Source: Candidatus Falkowbacteria bacterium CG02_land_8_20_14_3_00_36_14 (GTDB taxonomy: Bacteria; Patescibacteriota; Patescibacteriia; Patescibacteriales; UM-FILTER-36-11). From it: DNA of 47,034 bases. Every line of letters begins with the position of its first letter. The stretch's first letter is position 1. The translations under genes were made by a program, and so were the position numbers. The notes under the pieces are model-generated. The model had not been told where the DNA came from. It made no database searches and saw only the letters and a program-made list of their open reading frames with translations. This document shows positions 46,163 through 47,034 of this stretch, one piece after another. Location: assembly GCA_002781265.1 (NCBI GenBank), contig PETS01000105.1, positions 1-47,034 of the forward strand, in the 5' to 3' direction.

Positions 46163-46613
46163 TTATTTCTCTACTATTCTAAATTTACCTGATTTTACTA
46201 ATTTAATACTGTTGTAATTTTTTGGATCGCTAAACTCAAATTGCCAAATAGAATAAACATCTTTACCGCGCTCTTTGTCAAAAAATAAAATCACCACTTT
46301 CTTTTTTATTTTTTCCTGCCATTGTCTAAAAGGATAATAGAGCTGGCGAATAATAACATTTGTCGCGCTAAAACTTTTTGCTTCAATCAACACAACTTGA
46401 TTTTTACCTTCATATCCCGCGTCTACTTCTGTTTGCACGCTTGATACTTTAATCAATTGCTTGTCAACGAAAAATTCGAAATCAGGAGTATATTTTTTGC
46501 CTCTTATTGTTAATAAGATTGTTTTTAAAAAGACTTTGCAGATTTATTTCTAAATCTAAATCTTTTGTTATGAGTTTTTTGACTATTTGATTTTGAATTT
46601 TAAATAAAGCCAT
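46163..46613 (-). pseudogene. PD-(D/E)XK-type nuclease, frameshifted in an A6 run
   Basis: ATG 46613 gives MALFKIQNQ...NNKRQKIYS and stops at 46482-46484. The -1 shifted frame continues KKYTPDFEFFVDKQ...EVDAGYEGKNQVVLIEAKS (PD...D...ExK). The homopolymer is at 46493-46498. Confidence 0.55.
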
Positions 46614-46625
46614 AGTATTTGTATT

Positions 46626-46826
46626 TTATTTAAACAATTCCGCCACCGGCATGACGAGGGCTTTGGCTATTTTTTCTAATGTGTCCACGGTAGGATTCGG
46701 GCTTTCGCCGGTTTCTATCTTTACCACGGTATTTAAAGCCAAATCAGCGTCTTTTGAGAGGCGATCTTGGGAGATTCCTTTTTTAATTCGCAATTTGCGG
46801 ATATTTTCACTGACTGAATTTGCCAT
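46626..46826 (-). CDS. XRE-family helix-turn-helix transcriptional regulator
   Basis: IRKLRIKKGISQDRLSKDADLALNTVVKIETGES.NPTVDTLEKIAKAL is the canonical HTH_3 pattern. Confidence 0.85.
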   Translation of the reverse strand: MANSVSENIRKLRIKKGISQDRLSKDADLALNTVVKIETGESPNPTVDTLEKIAKALVMPVAELFK

Positions 46827-46953
46827 ATTGTTTTGACTTTGATAAACTATTATAATACATTACTTATAGTGAGCGTATGTCAACTTGCTTAATACAATGG
46901 TATCAAAAATATTAAAATTTGGCAAACAAAAAGGGAGTTCTGTAAAGGCTATT

Positions 46954-46993
46954 TAGAAATGTCATACCATTGGGCAAAGTAGAAATGTCATAC
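46954..46993. repeat. Two exact 14-bp direct repeats (tagaaatgtcatac) 26 bp apart
   Basis: Copies at 46954-46967 and 46980-46993. A ttggcaaac / ttgggcaaag / ttggcagcc motif recurs nearby, and a 6-bp hairpin sits at the window edge. Confidence 0.5.
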
Positions 46994-47034
46994 TTGCCTA
47001 ATTTATCTATTTGGCAGCCGTTAAAATCGGCTGT

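Noticed and set aside
45928-46182. 84-aa plus-strand ORF between the exchanger and the nuclease
   Set aside because: The minus strand here encodes a much more protein-like two-helix membrane peptide that is coupled to the exchanger gene. The plus-strand peptide has no convincing features.
46954-46993. Possible CRISPR array
   Set aside because: There are only two 14-bp repeats with a 12-bp spacer, far below CRISPR repeat and spacer sizes, and no cas genes in the window.
1-47034. Genome-wide reassignment of TGA (genetic code 4 or 25)
   Set aside because: Long genes such as secA, the ABC transporter and the sugar transferase are intact under the standard code, and Trp is encoded by TGG throughout. 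Only two isolated internal TGAs were seen, so local events or errors are more likely than a reassigned code.

Overview
AT-rich, tightly packed bacterial window. Its gene content (small housekeeping genes, many orphan ORFs, a very large glycan locus) resembles a reduced-genome Patescibacteria/CPR-like organism; that assignment is inference only. About 33 kb (256-33941) is one cell-surface glycan locus. It holds at least six GT4-type glycosyltransferases, a frameshifted Dpm1-like GT2 next to a GT-C-like polytopic membrane protein, six SAM methyltransferases and an MsbA-like ABC exporter. It also holds a pseudaminic-acid-type nonulosonic acid gene set (pseB, pseC, GNAT, NeuB/PseI-type synthase, SpsF-type cytidylyltransferase) with accessory enzymes, a Capsule_synth-like transferase, an APH-fold kinase, a CE4 deacetylase, WecB and an initiating polyprenyl-phosphate sugar transferase. 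Housekeeping genes follow: holB, a BNR-repeat lipoprotein, frr, rseP, hpf and secA. The window ends in an accessory patch with a P-loop protein, an IS110 remnant, GC-rich palindromic repeats, a CaCA exchanger and an XRE regulator next to a frameshifted PD-(D/E)XK nuclease. The most notable observations are: (1) a LAGLIDADG intein inside the HemL-like sugar aminotransferase; (2) two minus-strand reading frames each interrupted by one in-frame TGA, one of them in a GC-rich island inside the pse cluster; (3) a family of GTCATTCCCGCG-type palindromic/MITE-like elements, one with perfect 19-bp inverted ends and one apparently translated inside a GT4 gene; (4) a zinc-ribbon + methyltransferase + alpha-toroid fusion protein; (5) a heptanucleotide microsatellite inside secA. 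I found no rRNA, tRNA or CRISPR array. All domain calls come from motif recognition by eye, not from database searches.
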